From assembly GCF_009914755.1 (NCBI RefSeq), contig NC_060930.1: DNA of 64,000 nt. One strand, written 5' to 3'. The notes under the pieces were generated by a model. The model had not been told where the DNA came from. It ran no database searches and worked only from the letters and a program-made list of their open reading frames with translations. How positions within the stretch are numbered: position 1 is the first letter of the stretch; every line of letters begins with the position of its first letter. Made by a program: the position numbers and the translations under genes. Below are positions 10,972-25,325 of this stretch, piece after piece. Origin of the DNA: the human T2T-CHM13v2.0 reference genome, Homo sapiens.

Positions 10972-11695
10972 GAAATGGTTCTCTTTTCGCCACACCTTCA
11001 GCAACACCTATTGTGTCTTGTCTTTTTAATGGTAGCCATTCTAACAGGTGTGAGATGATAATTTATTGAGATTTTGATGTGAATTTTTCTGATGATTAGT
11101 GATTAGCGCATTTTCATATATCTATTGGCCATTTTTATGCCTTCTTTGTGAAATGTCTACTCATGTCATTTGCCCATTTTTTAATCAGGTTATTGTTATT
11201 ATTAATTATTATTATTCATTGCTATTAAGCTGTATGAGGTTTTTATATATTTTGGATATTAACCCCTTATCAGATATATAGCTCACAAATATTTTCTTCC
11301 AATCCATAGGCTGCTTTTTAATTTTGTTAACTGTTTTCATTGCCGTGCAGAAGCTCCTTAGTTTGATGTAGTCTCAATTGTTTATTTTGCTTTTGTTGCC
11401 AAGATTTAGTTGTGACATTCAAAAACTAATTCCTAAGTACAATTTCCAGGAGCTTTTCCCATATTTTCTTCCTGGAGTTTTGTGGTATTAGGTTTTATAT
11501 TTAGGTTTTTAATCCATTTTGAGTTGAATTTGTGTGTGGTGTAAAGTAAGTGTATTTATTTGTTTGTTTGCATGTGGATATCTAGCTTTCTTAACACCAT
11601 CTATTGGAGAAACTATTCTTTCCTCATTGTGTCTTCTTGGTATGCTTGTCAAAAATTAGTTGATTGTATATATTTGGGTTTGTTTCTGAATTCTT
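10972..11695 (-). mobile_element. Older L1 (L1MA-like) ORF2 3' fragment
   Basis: TAGCCATTCTAACAGGTGTGAGATG...GATATTAACCCCTTATCAGATA...GTGCAGAAGCTC antisense L1 motifs. Confidence 0.85.
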
Positions 11696-12191
11696 TTTAA
11701 TGACTTTTAAAGTACACATCACAGATATACTAGTGTATTTTTCTATTACCTTTCAGAAGTATTATTTTTCTTGGAATGAAGTCCTGTGTCTCCCAATTGT
11801 TCTACTAACTCATCATTTAAATATATAAAACCTTTTGTAGAATGACACTTATTTGTACAATTGAACACATTGAAATATGCAAAAAAATATAGTTAACTGT
11901 TCACTCCCATGTTTAATTCATGGCTTAGTCTAAATGGCTCAAGAAAATGATTACTCTTTCATGATACAGGAAAAAGAAAATCCTGTAACAGACATTAACC
12001 GTTGGGATTATAGTGCACATCCACATTATTTTAGTCCTTGTAGTATGTCATCAGTAGAAAAAAAAAACTGTTAGAGGGTACCAAAAGAATGCTGGAAGCA
12101 AAAAGTGAGTCTCCCCACCCCCACCCCACCAATTCCTATTCAAAATGCCCACATGAAGCAGCTGGAGATAATCTTAAAAATGGCATATCCC

Positions 12192-12593
<402 letters not shown>

Positions 12594-13554
12594 TCATATA
12601 ATAAGCTGGGTTTTGTTTTCCTGGTCAAGAGAATTTATTCTGAGTTATGCACTTATTGAAACATATTACCTGTTAGTGATCTTGACAAAAAAGAACATGC
12701 AGATCCCAACTACCTTTCTCTAACCAGTGGAGGTTACCAATATTTACTAAAAGAAACTACAGCAAGTAGTTATCATAGCCTTGATGCATATGTGTTATTT
12801 GATGCCCAAAAGTGTCATGAAATGGCAAGTTCTTTTAATAAATATCAGTAATTACCACTGATTAGAGGTAGGTAGGTTTGTGTCACATGTCCCTTTCATC
12901 AAGATCACTAACAGATGATGTTTCAATGCAGATATGCAAGTTCATTAAGAAGGGGCTCAGTTACTTAGGTGGCCCAGAGGACTTAAGGAAAATGGTTATA
13001 GTCTATAGGCCTCATATAATCATATAAAAAGGAGATGATTTATATGACCCAGCAAGGTTTTGTTAATTTTTTCAAATTCGTCCCATTTTGCAAAAATATG
13101 TTCAAAAAATAAAAATAATTCATTTGAGTTTGAATTTTCCTTTTGCAAAAGTATAAAATCCAGACATATAAGAAAATGGCGTTTACTGTATATCATTTAC
13201 TAATATCTGAAAGAAATTATTCTGTATCAAGAGATTAATGATTTCCAGTCTTTCTAATACAACTTTAATTGTGTGAAAAGAAATCAACTAAGTTAACAGG
13301 GGTTAAGAAATGTTTAAGAGAAATTTGGAATCATAGATCTTTCTGTTAGTAAAGTTGAAAATAATGATTACTCATATAGCCGATAATAAAAAGTTATGCT
13401 TTTTTTTAACAGCAACAAAAGTATCAGAAAGTATCAAAGAGAATGCAATTTTTAAAAAGCAAATGTAATGCCTCCCCACTTCATAGTATTTAATTTTGTT
13501 TCATATCTATTAAGGGATGACCTCAGCTAACCTCAAACAACCTAGATATATTAC

Positions 13555-13960
13555 ACATATTAGGGTAGGTATAAACTATGATAATACTCCATCACAAAAT
13601 CTCAGTGGCTTAAAAAATAGTTTTTAAGCTTTCCCACTTATAAAGTTTACTGTAGATGTTGGGCTCTCCAGGGTGCTGAACTCAATGTGATGGCTCAGCA
13701 TTTCAGGCAGTTTCAAATTTTAGAGTTTCCAATAGCAACATGTGACCTTCACTCTCATTCTTAGGGGTAAGAGCCGAATGGGAGAATCATGAGGAGATTT
13801 TCTCTGCCTCCAGTGGGAAGTAATACTGACTGCTTCAGCTTACATTTTATTGGCCAGAATGTCACATATCACATGTTCCCTTCTCACTGAAAAAAGATGG
13901 GAAAGTATGGGGGCTCAGGGGAGAGATTAAATGTATGGCAAGCATCACTGTCTTTGATCA
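13555..13960 (-). mobile_element. MLT1 (J/K-like) LTR
   Basis: AAAATCTCAGTGGCTTAAAA...CATTTTATTGGCCAGAA..GTCACAT..GATGGGAAAGTA antisense MLT1 motifs. Confidence 0.65.
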
Positions 13961-14264
13961 GTCATATTATTAAACATTTTTTTAAAACTAGCTCCAATAA
14001 AGAGCTTAAGGTTTTTAATATTCTCTTTCCCAAATTTCCCAGATTTCACATGCAAAAATTTCTATAAGGTAGGATAAGATTTTGATTGTATGGATTTTTT
14101 AAATTCGGTGGAGAAATAGAAACAAAAGAGCTTAATCAGACGTACTGATTTAGGCTCACAAATGTGTTCTAGTCCTTGCTGCCCTCCTCCTTATTAGCTA
14201 ATTCTTCCTCCTGGGTGAGAGAAAACACAAGCATTTCCTTCTAGACCCCCAGAGAAGTAGCAAT

Positions 14265-14430
14265 CTCTCTGTCTCCTCTTTCCCTCTTCCCCTCTCTCCC
14301 TCTCTCCTTCTTTCTCTCCCTCTCTCATATTTATCTCCTTTCTCTCTTCATTTATTCCTCTGTACTCCCTGTTTTTCTTCCTTTCTCCCCCTCTCCCCCA
14401 CTCACCACTGTCCCTGCTGTCTTCTCAACT
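14265..14430. repeat. CT-rich polypyrimidine low-complexity tract
   Basis: About 150 nt almost entirely C/T. Confidence 0.8.
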
Positions 14431-15096
14431 AAAGATTCCGTCTTCTCTTAAAAATAACCCATGAAGTGATTTTTTTTCATTCCATTGCTCTTGGTTTAAA
14501 ATTTGCTGCTGCCTCTTATTTGGGAAATATAAAAAAAGAACCCTCAAACTGAAGAGAACAGTTTTTACTTTATATTATTAGAAATTCCAGTTGTTTTAGA
14601 TTTCTCTGTGTTTTATATTCACAGGTCACTGATCTCACAAGAAACACAACTGGTTGAAACCAAATGAGAAAAATGTAACAACATTTTATGATAATGATAA
14701 TAATAAGATAGCTACAGCCCAGTATGAAAGCATGAAACTATTATGTAAAAGTACCTCTGGCATTTTCTGTTTGCTTTCATTTCTAGGGTACAAAATTATC
14801 CTTTTAATATCCTGGCACACGAACCTGATTTTGATGTATAATTCATAATTCTGAGAGACTTAATAGTGAAGTAGCAATTTTCTCTAAAACAAAATCTGTT
14901 TAATGCTAATAAAGTTGTATTTACTTTTGCTGTGACTAGGAATCAACTCAAGATATAAATGTCTTTTTTTCATTAACTATTATAGGTTGATAAATTTTTG
15001 TACTTTAATTGTGATATTGAAGGGGTATATTATACCCCTGATAGATTTTCAAGTATTATATGAAAAGTTCTTTTCTACTATCCATAGATCAGTCTC

Positions 15097-15545
15097 TATA
15101 GTAGATTGAATAGGACCCCAAAAAGTAAATTCACCAGAAATATGTGAATGTGACCTTATTTAGGAAAAGGTCTTTGAAGATGTAATTAAATTAAATTTTT
15201 CTAGATGAGATTATCCTGGATTAGAGTAGGCCCTATATCCAATGGCAAGTGTCTTTATGAGAAGAAGAGTGGGTGTGGAGACTAGCACAGAGGAAAACGG
15301 CATGAAAAGAGCCTTTCTGTAGGGAGTTGGGTTTTGCTGCCACAAGACAAGAAATGATTGAAGCCTCCAGAAGTTAGAGGAAGCAAGGTAAAGTTCTCCT
15401 CTGAAGTCTTTGGAGGGAGTGGAGCCCTGCCAACACATTGATTTCTGACTTCTGGCTTCCAGTACTAAATTAGAGAATAAATTTTTGTTGTTTTAATCCA
15501 TGAAGTTTATGGTAATTTGTTATGACAATTCTAGGAAAGTAATCG
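15097..15545 (+). mobile_element. MLT1B/C LTR
   Basis: GTGAATGTGACCTTATTT.GGAAAAGGTCTTTG..GATGTAATTAA...GGAGCCCTGCCAACAC.TTGATTTC.GACTTCTGG...AATAAATTT.TGTTGTTTTAA. Confidence 0.88.
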
Positions 15546-15970
15546 AGCATCTTAATAGTTCTGCACTCCAGGACAAATCTTTGAAGCTGGGTGTGTAAGA
15601 AAAGCTGTCCTGTGTTAGAATCACACATTTTGAGAGTCTTGCTCAGAGTGTAGAAATTAAGTAACACAAGCTCCTAGCTTACCTGCTAGATGATTTTTAA
15701 ATGTCTTTGTCATTTATTTTTTTAATTAAAAGTGATGATATTTTTTAAAAATCTCAAACAAGAATCCTTTCATCCTCTTTATTAACCAAATGAGTTATCT
15801 TTGGGAAAATGAATTTTTTTTAAAAAAAGGTTCTTTCTCAACAATGGTTCCAAAATGAATGTGATTTATAATTTATAAACGAGAAGATTCAAAAATCCAG
15901 CACTGGGCATGGATGTGTGCCAAAAAAAACAAACAAACAAAAAAAAAAAACAGAGTATTGCCAGTATTCA

Positions 15971-16493
<523 letters not shown>

Positions 16494-17244
16494 TTAAGAA
16501 AATTGAGAGTCCATGTTTCCAAACTCAGATCAGCTAAGTAGAATGGATTATCAGTGCAGCCTGTGTTCCTTGTACCATGATTGTTTGGAGGAGCAGCTCC
16601 AATGCAATTTCCTGAAACTCCTGTGGTGGCCCCTAGGGCTCAAATGTAGAGAGCAGCCACATCCCAAATTTCAGAATGAGGCCCACTGGTAACATTTGCA
16701 AGGGCCAAAGTAATCAAAATGAGAGGTCACAGACCTTATATTTACCTATTTTGAATATATGTTTATATTAGTAAACTTAATTTCAATTCTCCTCCCATTA
16801 GTTTCTCTTCAGCACAGGACTTTGAACTGGAAGGAGCTCCAGCTGGTTAGTGTGGAAGGTTCATTGGGTCCAGACTTGCCAATATCAGCAGATCTTCCTG
16901 CAGTCCTTTTCCGCTCTTCTGAGAATTGGAGCCTGCAAAAGCCTGTCCCAGTTTCCACTTCTGTCCTTAGATTGCTAATCTAACTTTCTGGTAGTGGGTC
17001 TTACTGACTTTTTTTGTATCTTGCTTTTTCTCTGCATTCTAATAGACAGTAATATCATATGGACCCAGTTTGTCCTCCCTCCATCATATTTTGGGGTCCA
17101 TGAGAATTTCTTATTATCTTGTTTTAGAGTGGATGTTTTCTGTGGGCTTTTTGTTTGCTTGCTTATTTGTTTACCTATATCGTTGCTCTATCAATTTTGG
17201 AAGGGGAGAAGTCAGAAAGATTAAAAGACTCCACTCAGAATTCC

Positions 17245-17420
17245 TGTTTATCTGAGTCTCCTTGTTCAACTCATCTGTAAAATATGGGTAATAATAGTAT
17301 CCATTGTATAGGATTAAGAAAGGAATAAAAAATCCTATTTTAAAGGATTAAGAAAGGAATAAAATAACATGAGACATATACTGGCACAAAATTAGAGCTT
17401 GAAATACTTAGCTCTTATTT
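17245..17420 (+). mobile_element. MIR
   Basis: CTCATCTGTAAAATATGGGTAATAATAGTA core; CTGGCACA..TTAG.GCTTGAAATA.TTAGCT tail. Confidence 0.7.
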
Positions 17421-18508
17421 GCAGCCATTAGATTCAAGCTCTCTCAGAACTTTCTAGATTCTTGTTTATCATGAAGTTTCAAAGAAGCCTTTCTTACGTG
17501 TTTTCAGAACACATAGCATATAAGAAGCAGCAAACTAACAGGTGGTAGGAGGTGCCATTACTTACAACTACAATTATATCAGAAATGTTCTTGACAGCCT
17601 GCTATTTGCGAGAAGATAAAACTAAAAAGCAATAAAGAACTATATTACTCCCTGGTACAATAATAAACCCATATTTTTCACACAGAGAGTATAGTACTGT
17701 TAGCTAATAGCTTAAAAAACATTTAAAGTATTTTAAAATAAAACATCAGAAGTTAACTCCATTAAAAGTTTCAAAAGAAAAAATAACTTACCTATAAAAC
17801 ATTTTATTATAAAGTTACCTTTTCATCCTTTCTTAGATTAAATAAATGGCTATATTTAACATAATATATAATGGTTAATATATATCTAAACCACTTATTT
17901 AAGTACATATATTATTTTAAAACCTACAAAAGAAAAACCAATTAAAATTATTATTCAAAGTTATAGTGAAAGACAAATCATGTACCATTAGTTATGTAAG
18001 ACATCTATCCCACAATAGTGCAGAAAATTCATTGTAATATATGATGTAATGTATGATGTTTATTATTCATCTATTCTATCAGCATTATTTTTGGGGAGTG
18101 TAAAGTCCATATCGGGTTTCAGCTATGTGCAAAATCAAAGGGTTTGGTGGTAGGACAAAATTATCCCCAAATGAAGAAACTGATACCAAGAGATTTGGTA
18201 AAGTCAAATTTGAAAACATATTTTCATTCCACTCTAAAATATATTGGCACTTTAAGGATCTCTTAGTGGAATATTGGGGCTGTTTGTCTTTGGCTTTTTT
18301 TTTTTTTTTAATTTCCCTAGAGAATAAATGACAGAAAGGTAGAGGCTGGAAGCTGAGTCCTGGTTATGATTGGAGAAAGAACATTGGAGGCTTGTATGAC
18401 ACATTAAAACAATCAGTAAAATCTACCTAATACCCAGCTGTCCGTATATATAGGTAGTTTTCAACAATGAAAGTAGCATGTGACCCAGTGTCCCCATCTG
18501 TACATAGT

Positions 18509-19667
<1,159 letters not shown>

Positions 19668-20164
19668 GAATTGTACTGGTGAGAAAAGCAGAAAGGCAAA
19701 GGGAGCCAAGGGGCTGTCGGAGGAAAGAACTGACCACCTGACACTAGAAAGCAGCATCTTGCTGAAAAATAAGAATTAGACAAGGAAAGACAAGGATAGG
19801 CAGTTGAAATTCCATGATCTTTGAAATCTCAGTAGCATTTAATACTCTTAAAGATATTTCTTATTCTTGCAATGCTCCTCTCTCTCTTTTGAGACACTGC
19901 ACAACCTCAACTGTTGTCCTGACTTCTTGGACTACTCCTTCTCTACATTATTTCTATTTTCTTTTCAGCCCCTGATTCTCTTGTTTTCTCTCTGACCTTG
20001 CTTTCTCTCTTACAAATGCATCATTCATTATGGTGCTTCCATATAATGTTTTTAAAAGCTAAAACAGTGTATTTAATGCCTTTTTGCTTTTTAATATATT
20101 AGCATTCCCATTCCCATTTTGAGTGAGCTATTTCACAGGAACAACATATTATCATGTCATTTTA

Positions 20165-21190
20165 ATAAGTAAATAAATGACAACATTGATAAACTTGAAT
20201 ACATTAAACAAAGAACTACTATTTATCAAATGATGCCACAAAAGAGAATGAAAAGATAAACCACAAAGTGGAACTACTATCCATGAAATATTAAAATTCC
20301 TACAAATCAGTAAGATGAAAACAGATAATTCATTAGAAAAACAGGAAAATATCTTAACAGGCTCTTCAAAAGTATGATATACAATGGCCAGTAAACACAA
20401 GAAAAGTTATTACACCTCATTAATTATCAGATGTATTAAGATTAAAATGATTTCAAAATATCACTACTCATCTGCCAGATTAGTAAACATTAAAATATTT
20501 AATATACCAAGTGTTGGTAGGATGCAGTGCTATGAGAACTCACAGAGCTAGCATGTGGGAGTGTTGGGTTTAGCCACTTCGAAAAGCAGATTGACTTATC
20601 TGAATAAGTTAAATATTTTAATTTCTAATGCCTATTAATTCCACTTCCAGGTATAAAGAGAAAATATTACAAATCTGCATAAGAAGTCATGTCCAAGAGT
20701 GTTTATAGCCACATCATGTGTCATAGACACATGGAAACAACCCAACGTCAATCTAAACTAAAATGGATATATAAAACCCAATGTATTCATATAATGGAAT
20801 TTGCACAGAAATGTAAATGAAAAAAAAAGTCTGCATACAATAACATTCATGGTTACAACATAAAGTTGAACAAGTCTCAAAAATGCATAGAGTATAATTT
20901 CATTTATATAAAATTCACAAACAAAACTAAACTATATTTCCTTGGGATATGTCCAAAGATGGTAAAGCTCTAAGGAGAAGCAAAGAAATGATTCTCACAA
21001 AAGTCAAGACTGTGGTTACCTCTAGTGGGGAGGAAGGTCATTGTGTTCAAGAGGGGTGCACAGAGGGTGGGATTGGGGGTGAGGGAGTTTCTACTGTGTT
21101 GGCCATGTTGTTTGTTGATCTAAGTGGTATTGCATGAGTAGATATTTACTTTATAGTTATTATTTAAATTTCTCACAATTAAAAATAACA
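20165..21190 (+). mobile_element. Ancient L1ME-type 3' fragment
   Basis: ATACCAAGTGTTGG...GGAAACAACCCAA.GTC...AAGCAAAGAAATGATT..CACAAAAGTCAAGA.TGTGGTTACCTCT 3'UTR motifs. Confidence 0.8.
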
Positions 21191-21213
21191 AGTAATAGGG
21201 GTTGAAAGAGAAA

Positions 21214-21715
21214 TATGGTAATTGGCCTCCAAAGATGACCTTCCAAAGAATCATCACTTGGGTAATTTAGGGAGTCCCCTCCACAAAGGTAGTCTAGACT
21301 GCCTTTGACCCACACAATACAGTGAAAGTGCTGCTGCTTGATTTCTCATCGATGTGACTTTTAATTTGTTCTCTTTGAATGCTGACTCTGGGAAAAGCCA
21401 ACTCATGGAAGTAGTCTGACTACTCTGGGGCCTCCATGCCATGAGGACAAACTAGTCAAGTGGAGTAGCTGCTGGAGCAGCTGCAACTATTCCAGTCATC
21501 CCAAACAAAGATCTAGATATGTGAATAAAGAAGACTTCATGTAACTCTAGCCCTGTAATGATCTGACGACAGCTGCATGAGAGACTCTGAGCACTAATCA
21601 TCCAGCTGAATCCAGCTACCCCCCAAAATACTGTGAGAGATAGTATCAATAAATTCATGTTTTAGGCCATCAAGTTTTGGTGTGGTTTTCTATTCAACAA
21701 TAGATAACTGGAACA
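21214..21715 (+). mobile_element. MLT1F/G-like LTR
   Basis: GGCCTCCAAAGATG.CC...CTGCATGAGAGACTCTGAG...AAGTTTTGG.GTGGTTT...CAATAGATAACTGGAACA. Confidence 0.8.
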
Positions 21716-21869
21716 GAGGGGGAGTGGAACAAATAGAAAAAATAAAATAAGAAATTTATTTTATAATTAAACAAGAGAAAGAAAAAACAGCATCTAATAA
21801 AATTGTTTAAATAAATAATAAAAATTTAGCATTGCTAAGAATAGGGCTCATTTATTTATTTCAACAAAC

Positions 21870-22520
21870 ATCCTCTGTTCTGAGAGCCACACTCATATTT
21901 TCAACTATCTGCTAGAGATATCTCCACCTGGGTATCCTGTTGAGTTTTTTAAACCAATAAATTTAAAATGAATATACACCTTCCCTTGAAATTGGAACTT
22001 TCTCCTAAATTAATACTTTTGTTAGTTTCAGGCTAAGCTTGGCTCATTTTAAATTCATACTCTCACTTAGTTACAGTCCTTTAATAAGATGTAAAATCTT
22101 ATTCAATCACTTATTTATGAACTCCTTCAATAAATATTCAGTTACTGTTAAGTTCCAAGCACTAAATTAGGTTCTGAGCTGTTGTAGCCTCTGTAGAGGT
22201 GATCAAACCAGTTATGCTTCCTACCGCCTACAATATACTTGTAACAGTCTCTCCCATTTTGTTTTGATTATCTCCATTATCTTTCTCGGCTTCATTTCTT
22301 CTTGCTTGAACTAGCGGCCAATTCCTTTAACTAAGAAACAGTTTTTTCTACCTCTTGTTTTCACTGGACTGGCTTAGCCATGCTTCCAGATTGATCCACC
22401 CTCATTACTGTATTTCTTGGTAAAAATGATTCACTGATATAATACTAATCTTCTTCCTTCTCCCAGAACTTTAGTGTAATATTTAATATAGCATTTACAT
22501 CATCCCTGTGTCTTAATTTC
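21870..22520. mobile_element. L2 fragments (both orientations)
   Basis: CATATTTTCAACT.TCTGCT.GA.ATCTCCACCTGG (sense) and TTCAATAAATATT..GTT..AAGCACT...TAGGTTCTG (antisense tail). Confidence 0.5.
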
Positions 22521-23641
22521 TGCTCATTATTCAAAGCATGTCACAAATATTACCTCTTACATGAAACATTTACTGTGTGTGAGATATCCTTTTGTTCATT
22601 TTGAAACCAGTTCATATTGCGGAGGGAGGGGCTTTATATTTTGCCAGGTAGTATAATTATTTAAAATGAATGACTGCTCTTTCCAAGATGTGGATTTAAT
22701 CATGTTTCTTTGAACTGGAATAGCCTTTTTCTCAGTTGTTCAACTTATTTTACACTAATTCAACAGTCCATTTTCATAGTCTATTTTCGACTTAATCATG
22801 TTTACAACGTGTAAATGTGTTTTATGAATGCTAAAGTCCTGTCTCTGCAAGGTAACATACCTACAATTTTAACTGCTATGAATAGAGAAATGAAACATCA
22901 GATGTCTCAGAAATTTCTGTGTGAGTTTATATTAATGAGTCTGCAAATTGGTATAAAGATAAAAGCTAATTCAAATAGATTTTTAAAATATTGATTTTTA
23001 AAAAGAAAAAACTAAAGAATTTGACCCATCCCGATTCATGGATATGCAGAGCAAATACCAGATTTTTAAAATATAAACTTTTTCTTCAAATATTTTCCAT
23101 AAATCAGTTTAATGAACTATATAATCAGTTTAATGAACTATCAGCTTAATGAATTGAACTACAGAATCTCCCCCATGTTTTTTTAACACTAAAAGTTGTT
23201 AATATTTTCATGCAAGACTAACTTTATATTCCATTTTTTTTTTTGTTTAAAGCCTTGTATATAATGATACCTTAAAAAAAAAGAAATTCCCAGATATTTC
23301 AATGATTTTTCAGCCACACATATCATTTCCAATACTGTCGGTTTAACATGAAAAGCTGCACAGATTTTCATATGAAAGTCTTTTTTACAGAATTTTGGTT
23401 TAAACCCTTGTTCACAATGATGCCATAAAAATACAATTGCCAATAATTTGACTGATTTTTTTCTACAACACAAACCTAATAAAATACACCTGAGGAAGTT
23501 AGTTGGTGACACAAAGCTCTTTAACTGAAATAAATCCATAAGGTGTGTTATACCACAGCAAACTTGGGGGAAAGGAATTACTAAGATTATTAGAAGGTTC
23601 TCTCTTTCCTAAGAATTCTGCATTTAATGCTTCTATAGTTT

Positions 23642-24177
23642 TGAAGTCAGAGGCTGGCAGGACTTATTTTCTGGTCACAACCCTGCTGAACAAAAGAGGA
23701 TCTGGTCCAGACATGATAAAATAAACTGGCAGGAGCCAGCAGATGACTAGGAAAGTAATCCCTACCTACCCTCATGGCTTATTAGCATAAGACACTCCCA
23801 CCAGCACCATGACAGTTTACAGATGCTATGGTAATGGCGTGGAAGTTACCGCCCGTTTCCGTGGTAATGACCTGGAAGATACCGCTGCTTTCCTAGGAAG
23901 TTCCAGATAATGCCCCCTCAATTCATATTAACCTGCCCCTTAATTTGCATGTAATTGAAAGTGAGAATAAGTAGGTATAAGTAGAGTAATCAAGAACCCA
24001 TACTTTGCCGACTCTGCATGCACTACCAATGAGTTAGTCCTGCTCTGCAAGGAGCAATACCATTCAATAAAAGGTTGCTGTCTAACACCACTGGCTTGCC
24101 CTTGAATTCTTTCCTGGGTAAAGCCAAGAACCCTCCTGGGCTAAGCTCCAATTTGGAGCTTTGCCTGGCTTGCATCA
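23642..24177 (+). mobile_element. ERV1 solo LTR (LTR19-like)
   Basis: TG...CA termini; GACACTCCCACCAGCACCATGACAGTTTACA; AATAAA; end CCAAGAACCCTCCTGGGCTAAG..TGCATCA; near-TSD GTTT/GTCT. Confidence 0.75.
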
Positions 24178-24279
24178 GTCTGAAGAACAAGGAACAACCT
24201 TTTAAAGCACGTCTTTACCCTAATTGTTAACCATATTTCTTTGTAAAATATGAGTATTTTGGTGTAATTAAGTTTTCAT

Positions 24280-24452
24280 AGGTGGCAGCCTGACATAGGA
24301 GCATAAGCATAGGGCTTATCAGAGAGCGTCTGTACTCTACTATAGACATTGGGAAACTTGGGGCAGTTTACTTAACTCTGTGAAGCTACCTCAGCTTCCC
24401 TATCTGCAAAATGGGAATGATAACTCTTCACTTTCAAGATTCAGATAAGAAA
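24280..24452 (+). mobile_element. MIR, interrupted by L1PA
   Basis: GGGCAGTTTACTTAACTCTG..CCTCAGCTTCCCTATCTGCAAAATGGGAATGATAA. Confidence 0.7.
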
Positions 24453-25325
24453 TAAAAAAAAAAAAAAGTGGGCAAAGAATATAAACAGACCTTTCTCAAA
24501 AGAAGACATTTATGCGGCCAACAAACATATGAAAAAAGCTCATCATCACTGGTCATTAGAGAAATGCAAATCAAAACCACAATGAGATAGCATCTCATGC
24601 CAGTTAGAATGCTGATCATTAAAAAGTCAGGAAACAACAGCTGCTGGCAAAGATGCAAAGAAATGGGAACACTTTTACACTGTTGGTGAAAGTGTAAATT
24701 AGTTCAACCATTGTGGAAGACAGTGTGGTGATTCCTCAAGGATCTAGAACCAGAAATACTATTTGACCCAGCAATCCCATTACTGGGTATATGCCCAGAG
24801 GATTATAAATCATTCTACAATAAAGACACATGCACACATATGTTTATTGCAGCACTATTTACAATAGCAAAGACCTGGAACCAGCCCAAATGCCCATCAA
24901 TGGTAGACTGGATAAAGAAAATGTGGCACATATACACCGTGGAATACTATGCAGCCATAAAAAAGAATGAATTCATGTACTTTGCAGAGACATGGATGAA
25001 GCTGACACTGTCATCCTCAGCAAACTAACACAGGAACTAAAAGCCAAACACTGCATGTTCTCACCCATAAGTGGGAGTTGAACAATGAGAACAGATGGAC
25101 ACAGGGAGGGGAACATTACACACTGGGGCCTGTCAGGGGGTGGGGGGCAAGGGGAGGGATAGCATTAGGACAAATACCTAATGCATGCAGGGCTTAAAAA
25201 CTAGATGATGGGTTGATAGGTGCAGCAAACCACCATGTCACATGTATACCTATGTAACAAACCTGCACGTTCAGCACATATATCCCAGAACTTAAAGTAA
25301 AATACAAACTAAAAATAAAAAAAGA
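24453..25325 (+). mobile_element. 5'-truncated L1PA7/8-like 3' end (ORF2 C-terminus + 3'UTR + A tail)
   Basis: ORF 24840-25028 MFIAALFTIAKTWNQPKCPSMVDWIKKMW is the ORF2p C-terminus; G-rich 3'UTR; ends CCCAGAACTTAAAGTAAAAT...A-rich. Confidence 0.93.

Noticed and set aside
14265-14430. Polypyrimidine tract as a functional triplex (H-DNA) element
   Set aside because: It has no clear mirror symmetry and looks like ordinary low-complexity decay.
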